64,000 nt of DNA from IMG/VR virus record IMGVR_UViG_3300037502_002220, positions 1 to 64,000 of that record. One strand, written 5' to 3'. The first letter of the stretch is position 1; each line of letters starts with the position of its first letter. Below the pieces are notes generated by a model, which did not search any database, had not been told where the DNA came from, and saw only the letters and a list, made by a program, of their open reading frames with translations. The translations under genes were made by a program, and so were the position numbers. Below are positions 1-10,211 of the stretch, one piece after another. The stretch is from a virus.

Positions 1-822
1 TATGATATTATGGTAGATTCTAATATCATAGAAGCTGACGAAGAGTTTAAACCTACTGTTGAAAACTTTGAAGAACTAGTATCTGTACTACCAGAGCACT
101 TTCTAGCACAAGCTGTGAGTAAGCTACCTGACTTTGTACAAGATATTATTCAACTTGGTTTTGAAAACCCTTCGCTTTCTGTAGATGATATTTCCAAGTT
201 CTTTGAAACCTATCACGTTGCACAGGAAAAGTTAGTAGAACCTACTACTGACGATGAAGCTTATGATTTCCTTAAGCCTGTGCTATTACAAACTAAGTTG
301 TTTCCAACTGAAGCTAAGGCTGAAAAGTATCTAGACGATCTTCTAGATGAAGGTTTGCTTTTAGATAAGGCTAAAGAGGTGTATCAAGAACGTTTAGAAG
401 AACTTGATAAACTTAGGCAAGAAGAACTTAGCCAAGTATCTGCTATGCGTAAAGAAGCAGAGGAACAACAACGTGCGTTTTATGAGACGCTTTTTGATAC
501 TGTAGAAGACCTAGATTGGGAATCTTCACGCAAAAAAATAGTACTTGATAATCTACATCCAGATGAAGTACAGCGTAAGAACCAGTTGATAGCACAGTCT
601 CCTAAAGCACTTGTACAACTTGCTGATATCTATTCGTATTTCAACGAAGATAAAGGTGAGTTTGATTTTAGTGATTTTGGTATACGTAAAGTATCCAAGA
701 AACTTAAAGAAGATAAAGAGAATATTGAAAGAGATAGGGTGTCTTCACATCTATCTAAATTAAAAACAAACCCGAAAGATCCAGGTGGTTCTTTCTGGGC
801 TTCATTTAAACAAACTAATTAA
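1..822 (+). CDS. Acidic helical capsid scaffold-like protein, probably 5'-truncated by the window edge
   Basis: Frame is open from base 1 (TAT GAT ATT ATG). Acidic, coiled-coil protein lying immediately upstream of the MCP, as in crAss-like capsid modules. Confidence 0.6.
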   Translation, partial: YDIMVDSNIIEADEEFKPTVENFEELVSVLPEHFLAQAVSKLPDFVQDIIQLGFENPSLSVDDISKFFETYHVAQEKLVEPTTDDEAYDFLKPVLLQTKLFPTEAKAEKYLDDLLDEGLLLDKAKEVYQERLEELDKLRQEELSQVSAMRKEAEEQQRAFYETLFDTVEDLDWESSRKKIVLDNLHPDEVQRKNQLIAQSPKALVQLADIYSYFNEDKGEFDFSDFGIRKVSKKLKEDKENIERDRVSSHLSKLKTNPKDPGGSFWASFKQTN

Positions 823-833
823 AATTATTAAAC

Positions 834-2432
834 ATGTTAAGACGTAGATCGGCGCTTGAAAAAGTTGTACGTACTGGTTGGGGTGGTTCTTATGCTGACT
901 CCTTTACTCACGCACAACTGTTCCGTAGTTATGGCCCTACGTATTTCGGTATGGTTGACGCACAACTTTTCTCATCTGAGATAGAGTCAAATATCATCAA
1001 CAAACCTTGGGTGTGGATGACGATGGCTCAAGGTAATATGATGACAACCAAACCTGGGCATACGGATTATTGCTGGAGGCTTGCAGAAGACGTACAAACT
1101 GATGCACGTATTACGCGAGTAGATTCTAGCTTACCTACTTACCCTGGTAAAGGAAACACACAGTTCAAGATTTATCTTGATCGTGGTTGGTTCCATGCTC
1201 CAGTGTTGTTGAAAACAGATAGTGCTGATGCACCTCTGTTGCGTATTGTAGGTCAACCAGCACAAATTAGTGCTACTGAATGGGAATATGTAGTTCAGTT
1301 GCAAACTGGTGACCCTAATGTTTACATCCTTCCTAAGTACCTTGAAGTTAACCGTAGGGTTATTGACGGTGGTACTTCTGTTGCAGATGAACTAAACTAC
1401 GAATTTGGTGGTGACTACTTCGGTAGCGTATTTGAACTTCAGTCTCATATTGGATACGTTGCACGTAAAGTAGAAGTTACCGATAAGTTTATTCGTCTTG
1501 AGATGGATGGTAAAAGCGATGGTATGAGCTATGGTATCTCTGGTAACGGTGGTGCTTATAGTGATGGTAAAGCAATTAGTGCTGGTTACCTGTACCAACC
1601 TGGTCTTAGTGATAAGACTACACCTAAAGTTCTTGAGAAAGGTTCTTTCATCTCTATGGCTGAAGCTCGTCTTAGTGAGCGTCTTATGGAAGATAAGAAC
1701 TTTATGATGGAATTTGGTCAGAATGAAGTTACGTATCACCCAGTTACTAAGCGTGTGATGAAAGTAGCTCCAGGTTGGAGGCAAATTCGTAAAGATGGTC
1801 ACTATCACCCACACAACGGTTCGCTTACACTGTACGATATCTATGATCGTATTCAAACTGTGTTTACTACGCGCTATGGCGTTGGTGAGCCTGTAGTAGT
1901 ATTGCGTACTGGTAAAGGTGGTATTGAGTGGTTCTCTAAACTCGTAAAGGATGAAGCTGGTCTTTCTCCATTTACACTGTTGGATAGCTTCTTTGTATCT
2001 CGTACAAACTCTGAGATTACACCTAACGCACTCAAGTTTGGTGCACAGTTCACTGAAATCTTGATGCCTAACGGTATTACGCTTAAAGTAATGTACGATC
2101 CTACTAAGGATAACCCTAGGTACTATCCTGAGAAAGTTCCTGGAACTAACTATTCTTACGAATCTTATACGTTTGATGTTCTTGATCTTGGTAATACGGA
2201 TGCAGCTCCAGCAGGTGCACGTACTAAGTCTAACATCTCTATGATCTATGAAGATGCTTACGAGTCTTATTTCATGGTAAGTAACGTATATGATATTATG
2301 AGCGGTGCTAAAAAGAATGGTGAAACGGTATCTGTGCTTGATAAAGAAGCTGGTATCTACCGTGAATCTTCTTGTGCACTTGCGGTATGGGATACTTCAC
2401 GTATCCTTAGTATGCCTTATTTGGCACTTTAA
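834..2432 (+). CDS. Major capsid protein (crAss-like HK97 fold)
   Basis: 532 aa with strongly biased codons (ggt/cgt/act). Motifs such as 'FKIYLDRGWF', 'WEYVVQLQTGD', 'VLRTGKGG' and 'ALKFGAQFTEI..PNGITL...DP..D' resemble crAss-like MCPs. Position fits. Confidence 0.85.
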   Translation: MLRRRSALEKVVRTGWGGSYADSFTHAQLFRSYGPTYFGMVDAQLFSSEIESNIINKPWVWMTMAQGNMMTTKPGHTDYCWRLAEDVQTDARITRVDSSLPTYPGKGNTQFKIYLDRGWFHAPVLLKTDSADAPLLRIVGQPAQISATEWEYVVQLQTGDPNVYILPKYLEVNRRVIDGGTSVADELNYEFGGDYFGSVFELQSHIGYVARKVEVTDKFIRLEMDGKSDGMSYGISGNGGAYSDGKAISAGYLYQPGLSDKTTPKVLEKGSFISMAEARLSERLMEDKNFMMEFGQNEVTYHPVTKRVMKVAPGWRQIRKDGHYHPHNGSLTLYDIYDRIQTVFTTRYGVGEPVVVLRTGKGGIEWFSKLVKDEAGLSPFTLLDSFFVSRTNSEITPNALKFGAQFTEILMPNGITLKVMYDPTKDNPRYYPEKVPGTNYSYESYTFDVLDLGNTDAAPAGARTKSNISMIYEDAYESYFMVSNVYDIMSGAKKNGETVSVLDKEAGIYRESSCALAVWDTSRILSMPYLAL

Positions 2433-2461
2433 TGTTTAATAACCTATAAATAGAAGCAAGA

Positions 2462-3574
2462 ATGCAAGGTTTAAGACTAATTGTAAAGCCTGTTCCTAGA
2501 GATTCAGTTCAACGCAGGCACCTCACACCAGTTAGGGTGTGGGATCCAGAGAAGAAGACACTTGTTGATACGGGTCAAGTTACAGCACAAACTAAAGCTA
2601 AAGGTGCTGTAGAGATTTTAAGTTTTATACCAAACTTACAAACAGGTAAGTTTGCAACAGGACTTGAAGAAATGGTACCCAATCCGTTTAAAGATATGGA
2701 GATACTTGCCTTAAAAGGTAGGTATCTCCTATCTGATGAGTGGGATCTAGTAGCTCCTCAGATTGTTAAAGCGGATAAAATCATGCGTCAAACCTGGTAT
2801 GAAATCCTTGATAGTGTAGGACCTAATAGTTATACACCGTTAATGCCAAGGAATATTCAAACTATTGGTCCTATGCGCGTAACAAGTGATGAGAAAGTAC
2901 CACGCACATTTATTGAGACGTTTAAAGTAACGCTTGTAGATGGTGCTAATGTATTTCTGTGGGATCATTCTAGATCACGTATGGCTATACAGTTGCTTAA
3001 AAACCATATTGCTGTAGCACCTACGCGTGAAGTAGCTAATCCTACACTTCATAACTGGTACATTGCACTTGAAGATGAAGAAGAACTTAGTCGCATTGAA
3101 ATCGATGATCTTGAAAATGATGCTATTGCAGAACTTGCTATGCTTCAGAAGAATGCTCCTGAAGATCGCATGTACAAACTAGCAGTAGTACTTGATCTTG
3201 CTAGAGGTGAAATGTCACCACTCGTTGTTAAAGATATGCTTAACAGGTATATCAAAAACAAGACTTCAGATAAGAAGTCACGTATTGAAAAGTTCATGGA
3301 CACTGTATCTATCTTGAAAGAACAAGAAGGTAGGTTTAACGTGATGTATGCTGTAACACAAGCTATCAACGTTGGTCTAATGATTTTTGATGCTGGTTTC
3401 TTGTACTGGAGGTCTAAAGCAGATCAAGCACAGATCTATCGTTGGCGCAGTAGGGAAGAATTTATTGCTTTCCTCGAAGGGGAATATGCTAAATACAAAC
3501 CAAAGTCTAAAGATAACGGTGTAAATTATTACGCTGATCTTTTGGCTGAACTAGAAAGTAGAGGTGTAAAATGA
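2462..3574 (+). CDS. Conserved crAss-like head-module protein downstream of MCP, function unknown
   Basis: 370-aa ORF; syntenic position directly after the MCP. Confidence 0.6.
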   Translation: MQGLRLIVKPVPRDSVQRRHLTPVRVWDPEKKTLVDTGQVTAQTKAKGAVEILSFIPNLQTGKFATGLEEMVPNPFKDMEILALKGRYLLSDEWDLVAPQIVKADKIMRQTWYEILDSVGPNSYTPLMPRNIQTIGPMRVTSDEKVPRTFIETFKVTLVDGANVFLWDHSRSRMAIQLLKNHIAVAPTREVANPTLHNWYIALEDEEELSRIEIDDLENDAIAELAMLQKNAPEDRMYKLAVVLDLARGEMSPLVVKDMLNRYIKNKTSDKKSRIEKFMDTVSILKEQEGRFNVMYAVTQAINVGLMIFDAGFLYWRSKADQAQIYRWRSREEFIAFLEGEYAKYKPKSKDNGVNYYADLLAELESRGVK

Positions 3575-4275
3575 TTATAACAAAGATGCACTGGTTGTTT
3601 AAGGAGAGGTACAATAGGTCTTCTTCTAATTATTATCCTGACTACTCACCTGCTCAGATAGATCAACTATTAAACGCAGCAGGTGAAGATATGCTACATC
3701 AATTTGCAGCTAGGGAGGATAAACAGATGTTCTTTGATATGATGTCACCTCTGTTGACTACTGGTATACTAGAACCTGTATCTAACGATGGTTCTGTATA
3801 TAAGTTTGACTTATCACAATTAGAAAAACCTTACTTCTACAATAAACGTATTGTAGCTAAGACTGATTGTGGTAACGTAAAAGTTAATATTATCGGTCAC
3901 GGTACATTAAATGATGTTCTAGCAGATGCGTTGCAAAAACCATCTAAAACATGGAACAGGATATACGGTGTATTTCAAGAAGGTGGTATTACACTCTACA
4001 CAGATCATATTGTAGATAATATCAAGATTGAATACTATCGTGTACCTAAGCCTGTGTTCTTTGGTGGTTATGATACTTTTGAATATCTAAACTGTTTGCA
4101 GTCAAGCACAAACTGCACAGAATTTTATTCTAAAGTTAGTCAACCTCATGACTGTGAATTTGATGCAAATTATCATACGCGAATCGTAGATTTTGCAGTA
4201 AGAGAAGCACAGCGAACACTAGGACAACAGGAGATAGCTTTGACTGTTAATAAGGTGGATACATTATTGAACTAA
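3571..4275 (+). CDS. Tail ring / head-tail connector protein
   Basis: N-terminal 'MHWLFKERYNR..S...PDYSPAQIDQLLNAA' and C-terminal 'IEYYRVPKPV...CEFD...HTRIVDFAV' pattern of crAss-like ring proteins. ATGA overlap with the upstream gene. Confidence 0.7.
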   Translation: MIITKMHWLFKERYNRSSSNYYPDYSPAQIDQLLNAAGEDMLHQFAAREDKQMFFDMMSPLLTTGILEPVSNDGSVYKFDLSQLEKPYFYNKRIVAKTDCGNVKVNIIGHGTLNDVLADALQKPSKTWNRIYGVFQEGGITLYTDHIVDNIKIEYYRVPKPVFFGGYDTFEYLNCLQSSTNCTEFYSKVSQPHDCEFDANYHTRIVDFAVREAQRTLGQQEIALTVNKVDTLLN

Positions 4276-4291
4276 AAAACTTTAATTAGAT

Positions 4292-5689
4292 ATGAAACGA
4301 ACAAATCGTTCTCAAGCACCTATGGAGACTTTTCTCGTAGGTAAATCTAACCAAGCGCTTGTAGTTAGCGGTGACTTGGTTACTGCTGGTACCTCTCTTA
4401 ATATTGCTGATGGACAACTTGGTGTACTTTCTGCAGACCCTAATGGTACTGTAAAACCTGGTAAGTTTATCCCTGCTGCTACTACTGCAGCTAACGTAAA
4501 AGCTATTGAGATTATCCAAGGTACGCCTAACTCTTCTCAGACTACTGAAGTAAATGCGTTTGGCATTGGTCATAAAGCATATGTACGCTCTGGTGTTATC
4601 GCTAAAGATAAGATCCGTTCTGTATCTACGCTTGTATACCAGCACCCTAGGTATTCTATCTGGTATCTGAGTGGAGTATCTGCACTTGCAGCTAATACGA
4701 GCTACTACGCTACGATTACGCTTGAAGGTGAGCGTATTGATACTACGCATGGTATGAACCGTGAAGTAATCCGTCAGAGTGTTAAAACTCCAGCTACACT
4801 TCCTACTGATGCAGCAGACTTTGTACTTCAGAACCTTGCACTTAAGATTAACCAATCTAGCAAGTTTGTAAACCCAAATACAAACTATGCTGGTAACAAG
4901 CCTATTGTTGCGTTTGGTGTTAAGTCTTCTGGTGGTTCTGGAACTACGATTGGTACGCTTACTAAGAACACTGCAGCGTTTAACTTTGCTAAGTACACTG
5001 TAGGTGGTAGTGCAATTCAATCTACGTTTAAAACTGATCTTGATCTTATCAACTCACTAAAAACTGCGATTGGTTCTGTATCTGGTCTTTCTACAGCTAC
5101 GATTGAAAACCTTGGTAACGTAGCTCCTGGTTCTGCGTCTACTGTTGATGGTCTTTTGATTATCGCATTCCGTGAGAAAGAGATCGCTGCATTTGACGAT
5201 GTTAAAGAACTCTCTATCCGTGCTGATGTTAACTTTGGTGCTGAGTTGGGTGTAGCACAACCTACGTATACGTTGAGCCACGTATGTACGCCTTCTGAAG
5301 GTGTAAACACTGGTCGTCAAGTATACCTGCGTTATGCTGATCGTGCAGAGCAACAGATCTTCACATTGCAGAATTGGCCTATCAACGGTAAACCATATCC
5401 TGTACCTGAGAATTATCTGAGCAAAACTGGAAAGTACACCGTTACGATTATCGAATACTACGATAATGATAACGTAATTTCTGGTGAGCATGAGTTTGTT
5501 AAAACTGCTGTTATTTGTTTGCCAGCAGCAATCTCTGATGAAACTGTAAGTGCTTCTACTGGTCTTACGATTGCTACCAGTGACACAGCTACGGTAACAG
5601 CATTGAACAACACACTTTCTGCTTGGATTGCAGGTTCTGCAAATGTTCAGTATCTTGGTAGTGCAGTGTCTGGAACCATCTTCGTATAA
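4292..5689 (+). CDS. Auxiliary capsid (decoration) protein
   Basis: 465 aa, Ala/Thr/Gly-rich, with MCP-like highly expressed codon bias. Position after the ring gene matches the crAss-like auxiliary capsid protein. Confidence 0.65.
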   Translation: MKRTNRSQAPMETFLVGKSNQALVVSGDLVTAGTSLNIADGQLGVLSADPNGTVKPGKFIPAATTAANVKAIEIIQGTPNSSQTTEVNAFGIGHKAYVRSGVIAKDKIRSVSTLVYQHPRYSIWYLSGVSALAANTSYYATITLEGERIDTTHGMNREVIRQSVKTPATLPTDAADFVLQNLALKINQSSKFVNPNTNYAGNKPIVAFGVKSSGGSGTTIGTLTKNTAAFNFAKYTVGGSAIQSTFKTDLDLINSLKTAIGSVSGLSTATIENLGNVAPGSASTVDGLLIIAFREKEIAAFDDVKELSIRADVNFGAELGVAQPTYTLSHVCTPSEGVNTGRQVYLRYADRAEQQIFTLQNWPINGKPYPVPENYLSKTGKYTVTIIEYYDNDNVISGEHEFVKTAVICLPAAISDETVSASTGLTIATSDTATVTALNNTLSAWIAGSANVQYLGSAVSGTIFV

Positions 5690-6027
5690 TGGAAAAGTTT
5701 ATAGATACTTTTATTAATCAGTTAGCGAAAGCGAATCCCGCAACGGAAACCGTCTACTCATTGATCTTGTTGATCTTGGTAGCGGTTTCCGTTACTTTCT
5801 ACCAACTCTATAAGACTGAACGTAAAGAGAATACTGAATGGGCTGAGAAGAGTATGAAAGTAGCTGAGCTTATGTCTACTATTCATTTGCGTTTAGAAGA
5901 TCAACGTAAAGATAAAGGTAAGATTGATGAGTTTAATTACAAGATAGATACCTTAATTAGAAACGTTGAAGAGTTACGAGAGCTTCGAGATTTACTTATT
6001 GCTATAAGGGAATCTGTGAACAAATGA
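5689..6027 (+). CDS. Single-TM membrane protein with coiled coil (holin-like)
   Basis: Hydrophobic segment 'VYSLILLILVAVSVTFY' followed by a charged coiled coil. Confidence 0.5.
   Translation: MEKFIDTFINQLAKANPATETVYSLILLILVAVSVTFYQLYKTERKENTEWAEKSMKVAELMSTIHLRLEDQRKDKGKIDEFNYKIDTLIRNVEELRELRDLLIAIRESVNK
5742..5800 (+). terminator. Intragenic stem-loop, putative attenuator/terminator after the capsid genes
   Basis: AACGGAAACCG (5742-5752) pairs perfectly with CGGTTTCCGTT (5783-5793). Inner CTAC/GTAG pairs; followed by ACTTTCT. Confidence 0.5.
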
Positions 6028-6398
6028 AACGTTACTTTAAAACCGAAAACAGGGCGTTAAAAGCGTTCTCAGCTAAAATCTGTGAGCTAGAGAACTTTGT
6101 TAACGAGCACGTAACTGATAATGTGCAATACCCTGACACTTACACTAGTGTAAAAGAGGATATTAAAGTAAGGAGTATTAAGAGCATAGAAGACCTTGCT
6201 GATCCTGAAGAGAAAGAACACCGTGATGTATTTAGCGCATGTGATTTTGTAAACAATCTTGTACTTGCGTTAAAGTACGAATCAAAAGATAATGTTAACT
6301 GCGTACAAGAAGTTATACGTTATTTAAAAGCTAAGCATGAAATACATTCGTATACACCTGTAAAGAAAGGGTTTATTATCGTTCAACTTAAAAAATAA
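6024..6398 (+). CDS. Hypothetical protein
   Basis: 124-aa ORF with ATGA overlap and backbone codon usage. Confidence 0.65.
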   Translation: MKRYFKTENRALKAFSAKICELENFVNEHVTDNVQYPDTYTSVKEDIKVRSIKSIEDLADPEEKEHRDVFSACDFVNNLVLALKYESKDNVNCVQEVIRYLKAKHEIHSYTPVKKGFIIVQLKK

Positions 6399-6404
6399 AT
6401 AATC

Positions 6405-6980
6405 ATGGGAAAAGACAAACCTGTTAATGATGTAATGCGTGCAATTATGATCGCTAGTCTTAAGTTCTTTAGGACACAAGTACTTAAGCGTGTTGATGAT
6501 CAAAACGAACACTTGGAAAAAGGTGTAGAGATTAGCTTTATGCCTGTTGAAGAAATTATACTTGCACTTAATGACGATAATCCTGATAACAAGGAGCAGG
6601 TTACTGCAATCATCCTTGAGTGGATTAATGGTCCTGTAGCTGATCTTGTAGAAGATATCTTCACAGATCTTATTGAAAAGAACGATGATGAAAACCTCAA
6701 AGCTGTCTTTTCTCAAGTACTAATGCTTGGTATTCAAGTACTAAAAGTATACACAGATAACGATGAAAAGAACAAAGAACAACTTAAAGTAATCTTTGAT
6801 AAGTTTATCGAATCTCCTAAAACACAAGTATTGCTTACAGATAACATTCTTAAGCCAGTACTTGTGAAGATCATTAAAGATGAAAAGTGGGCTGAGTACA
6901 TTGTAAACTTGGTAAAGAACTCTTTAGCAAGCTTGCAGCGTACTAAAGATTCTAATAACAACAGTATTAAATTAATCTAA
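6405..6980 (+). CDS. Hypothetical helical protein with internal repeat (DDNPDNKEQV / DNDEKNKEQL)
   Basis: 191-aa ORF in operon with an A-rich leader. Confidence 0.65.
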   Translation: MGKDKPVNDVMRAIMIASLKFFRTQVLKRVDDQNEHLEKGVEISFMPVEEIILALNDDNPDNKEQVTAIILEWINGPVADLVEDIFTDLIEKNDDENLKAVFSQVLMLGIQVLKVYTDNDEKNKEQLKVIFDKFIESPKTQVLLTDNILKPVLVKIIKDEKWAEYIVNLVKNSLASLQRTKDSNNNSIKLI

Positions 6981-6982
6981 TA

Positions 6983-7483
6983 ATGGTACTTACACAGACT
7001 TATAGTCTTATTACAATTACTAGTAGTCCAGCTATTACTGCTTTTGTTGCTGATAACACAAAACCACTTAAGCTAGATGTATGGCATAACTGTAACAAGT
7101 TTGAAACAATTACAGTATTAGCTAACCAGATTGTTAACGGTTCGTTAGTAATTACCCCAGCTATGCTTGGTATGACTAATGAATTTCAAAATGGTGTATA
7201 TCGCATACGTCTTAAGTATTTAGCAACAACTGTAGTTGAAGATAATGGACTTGTGTACATGGATAAGAATATAAACTGTGATCTTATAGATTTATTTAGT
7301 AAGCATATTGAATGTCTTGAAGGTAAATCTTGTGATGAGAATTATGCTTTCTGGGCTTTTGCTTTTCACAAGATCCTTCAAGATATTATTTGGTGTGACG
7401 ATAGCGTGTATGAAAATGCATGTGTAGTATATGATAAATTACAATCAATTTTAAACGAAGAAGTAGACTGTGGATGTAAGTAA
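6983..7483 (+). CDS. Cys-rich tail hub / fibre-attachment protein (putative)
   Basis: Beta-rich N-half ('FQNGVYRIRL') and helical C-half ending 'DCGCK', as in crAss-like tail hub proteins. Confidence 0.55.
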   Translation: MVLTQTYSLITITSSPAITAFVADNTKPLKLDVWHNCNKFETITVLANQIVNGSLVITPAMLGMTNEFQNGVYRIRLKYLATTVVEDNGLVYMDKNINCDLIDLFSKHIECLEGKSCDENYAFWAFAFHKILQDIIWCDDSVYENACVVYDKLQSILNEEVDCGCK

Positions 7484-7772
7484 TCAACTGTTATGCAAGC
7501 TTCTTAAAGATGCTGCTAAAGTAGCTAAGAACTACGATTATATGATCGCTTGTAATCCTGTAGAGTTCTGCAGTGATGCAAGTGATTATTTTGCATATAC
7601 GTTAGCACCTGCTTGTAACGAAGATGTTCAACGATACATTGAACGTAAGTATAAAAAATTACCAGGTGTTACTACAACAACATCTACAACACAAACTAAC
7701 TGTGATATCGACGTACAAGATATCACACCTACTGTAACCTGTTCTACAATAACAATACAAGTACTACAATGA
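7470..7772 (+). CDS. Small Cys-rich structural protein (second hub-like subunit)
   Basis: GTG start, overlaps both neighbours, 6 Cys. Confidence 0.5.
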   Translation: MDVSNQLLCKLLKDAAKVAKNYDYMIACNPVEFCSDASDYFAYTLAPACNEDVQRYIERKYKKLPGVTTTTSTTQTNCDIDVQDITPTVTCSTITIQVLQ

Positions 7773-9211
7773 TAAAAGTTGTCAAGCGTATAAAGATTAC
7801 TACTGGTCAAGCACCGTTCACATATCAGTGGACTACGAGTAACAACTGCTTGACATTTTCTCAAGCATCTGGTGTAGTCACTGGTGATGTACTTGAGACT
7901 ACACTTAATTTTGCAAGTGAAACTTGTAATCCTACTATTAATCTTATTATAACATCAGCGTGCGGTAATAGTGAAACATTTCCTATTTCAGTAACATTAC
8001 CGTGTACAAGCTTGGTGTTAAACCCTATTACTGCAAACAGGTATAAGTTTACAGTAACTGCAGCAGCTCCTGGATGTTCTAAGGTAACATTTAAGTGGGA
8101 CTTCGATACTGCAGTGTGGGGATTTAGATCTATTGTAGATTCACCATTTAGTTCTACGTTAGATCTATCTATCAACAAAGACTTTAATTTAACTACGCCT
8201 ATAAAAGTTACAGCTACAGACTGTAACAACTGTGTAAAAGAAGCTACATATACTTTTACACTAGAACTAGATCGTGCACCAGATGAAACTGTAGTACTAT
8301 ATCCTATTAAAGATGGCGTAGGTTATGAATCTGGTGAGATTACATTTAAGTTACTAGATGGTGCTTTTAAAGATACTATAGCACAAACACTACCTGAAGG
8401 TATATCTTTCACTAAAATTGCTGATGGTAAGTTTAAGTATACTTTTAACAAAGCATCTTTTCCTAATAACACGTACGTATCAGAAGGTACATATACGTTT
8501 ATCACTAAAGATGTACTTAGAACACTACCAGGTAAAATTACATTTATACTTAAGCCTGCTGAGCAAGTAGTAGAACCTATTAGCTTTCAACCTAAGACTG
8601 TAAAATTAAATTGTGTATCTACACCTAACTTTGTAACTGTTATAGACATTACTAACGATGTTGTAGTTAAGCAAGGATATACAGTAGACTGGTCTTCATT
8701 TTTACTGTTATCTCCACCAGAACCTAATTCTCCTAGCATCAAGTTGGTGTCTATAGAAGGTAAACAGTGTATTGAATATACGGCACCTAGTCCTTTAGTA
8801 CAAGATGTATTTCAGTTTAGGATTTGTACTAATACACCACAAACTGGTCAACGTGGATGTACTACTGGAGTAGTTACTATTATTCCTTGTATTCAAGAAC
8901 CACAAGCAGTTAACGATACATTTACTATAGCTGCTAATACAACTACAGAGATAGATGTATTACTTAATGATCTAGGCAATGGTTCTCCAGTTAAAGAAGA
9001 TTCTATCGTAGTTTCTGATGTTCAATCTGGAATTACTGTAGCACCTAACCCTAATGGTAAAATAGCAGTTACTGTACAAGCTGGTGTAACAGGTACTAGG
9101 ACATTTAAGTATAAGTTTAAAAACTGGGGTGGCTATGATTCTAACGTAGCTACAGTTACTTTAAACATTGTAAGTGCTGGTGTAAATACTAACGTAATAC
9201 TTTGTGATTAA
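7769..9211 (+). CDS. Ig-like repeat tail/fibre protein
   Basis: 'GQAPFTYQW' SprB/PKD-like repeat and C-terminal Big_9-like domain 'PQAVNDTFTIAANTTTEIDVLLND'. Confidence 0.7.
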   Translation: MIKVVKRIKITTGQAPFTYQWTTSNNCLTFSQASGVVTGDVLETTLNFASETCNPTINLIITSACGNSETFPISVTLPCTSLVLNPITANRYKFTVTAAAPGCSKVTFKWDFDTAVWGFRSIVDSPFSSTLDLSINKDFNLTTPIKVTATDCNNCVKEATYTFTLELDRAPDETVVLYPIKDGVGYESGEITFKLLDGAFKDTIAQTLPEGISFTKIADGKFKYTFNKASFPNNTYVSEGTYTFITKDVLRTLPGKITFILKPAEQVVEPISFQPKTVKLNCVSTPNFVTVIDITNDVVVKQGYTVDWSSFLLLSPPEPNSPSIKLVSIEGKQCIEYTAPSPLVQDVFQFRICTNTPQTGQRGCTTGVVTIIPCIQEPQAVNDTFTIAANTTTEIDVLLNDLGNGSPVKEDSIVVSDVQSGITVAPNPNGKIAVTVQAGVTGTRTFKYKFKNWGGYDSNVATVTLNIVSAGVNTNVILCD

Positions 9212-9915
9212 TGGCTACTACAATAACGTTGTACAATCAGCTTTCTGGAGCAGATACTAATGGTACTTGGAGTTATGTGGGAACAACAATTCCATATCCT
9301 CCAGCACCTAATACCTATAACGGAGTTATAGACTTTGCAGGATATGCTACTGGTCTATACGTATACAGGTATACAAAAACTACGTCTGGTATAACAGCTA
9401 CTGCAGATGTAGCTATAACGTGGCGTGGTAGTTCACCAGCTAGGATTAACGATACGTGTAGTACTGCTTTTGAAATACCTGGTACACTAGTTAAACCATT
9501 TACTATTGTTGTACAAGATGACAATCGTAGTATATGCCCTGATCTAAAAGCACCTAGTATACCTTCACCTACAGATTACCCTACACAGTGGAATCAAGGT
9601 ACTTACTCTGGTGATCTATGGTATAAGTTTGCATTACCAGTACGTAACTATAACTATACTTTAGAAGTATCTGTGAGTTCAGCAGATTACTCAGAAGCTC
9701 TTGCAGCTAAAGGTATTGGACTTCAAGTATATACTAACTCTACATCTACTAACTGTGCTAACGATGTTTCTATAGCTGCAGTAACATCAGCTAAAAATGC
9801 AAACAGTTGTACAATACTTATTCCTATAGCATCTGGTCAATCTCCATTAGTTAGGTTTAGAGTAGCTAGTATAACAACTGGTAATTACAACATTACGATA
9901 AAATCAAACTGCTAA
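9211..9915 (+). CDS. Beta-rich structural/adhesin-like protein
   Basis: 'ADTNGTW...G.YVYRYT' repeat unit and 'NDTCSTA...GDLWYKF' module typical of Bacteroidota surface proteins. Confidence 0.6.
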   Translation: MATTITLYNQLSGADTNGTWSYVGTTIPYPPAPNTYNGVIDFAGYATGLYVYRYTKTTSGITATADVAITWRGSSPARINDTCSTAFEIPGTLVKPFTIVVQDDNRSICPDLKAPSIPSPTDYPTQWNQGTYSGDLWYKFALPVRNYNYTLEVSVSSADYSEALAAKGIGLQVYTNSTSTNCANDVSIAAVTSAKNANSCTILIPIASGQSPLVRFRVASITTGNYNITIKSNC

Positions 9916-9917
9916 CG

Positions 9918-10211
9918 ATGCCTACAGTATTAAGTACAGAATATTTTGAGTGTGGTGTTTTATCTGGTCCTGTTACTAGAAAGATTAAACTTGTATATGA
10001 TGAATCAGGTACAGGTATTCTTGTATGGGATTTAGATAATGGAGATCTACCTGATAATGTTGCAGAATACTTTGAAGTATATGCTAACGGTAAACGTTTA
10101 GATTACCCAGCAGAATTTACTGTTCAGGAGTTTAGTACACCTATAACTTCTACGATAACGATATTGAATCCTATGCCAATGGCTTATTACACTTTAATTA
10201 AATATTCATGA
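9918..10211 (+). CDS. Small beta-rich structural protein
   Basis: 'EVYANGKRL...EFTV' motif common in phage fibre/baseplate repeats. Confidence 0.55.
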   Translation: MPTVLSTEYFECGVLSGPVTRKIKLVYDESGTGILVWDLDNGDLPDNVAEYFEVYANGKRLDYPAEFTVQEFSTPITSTITILNPMPMAYYTLIKYS

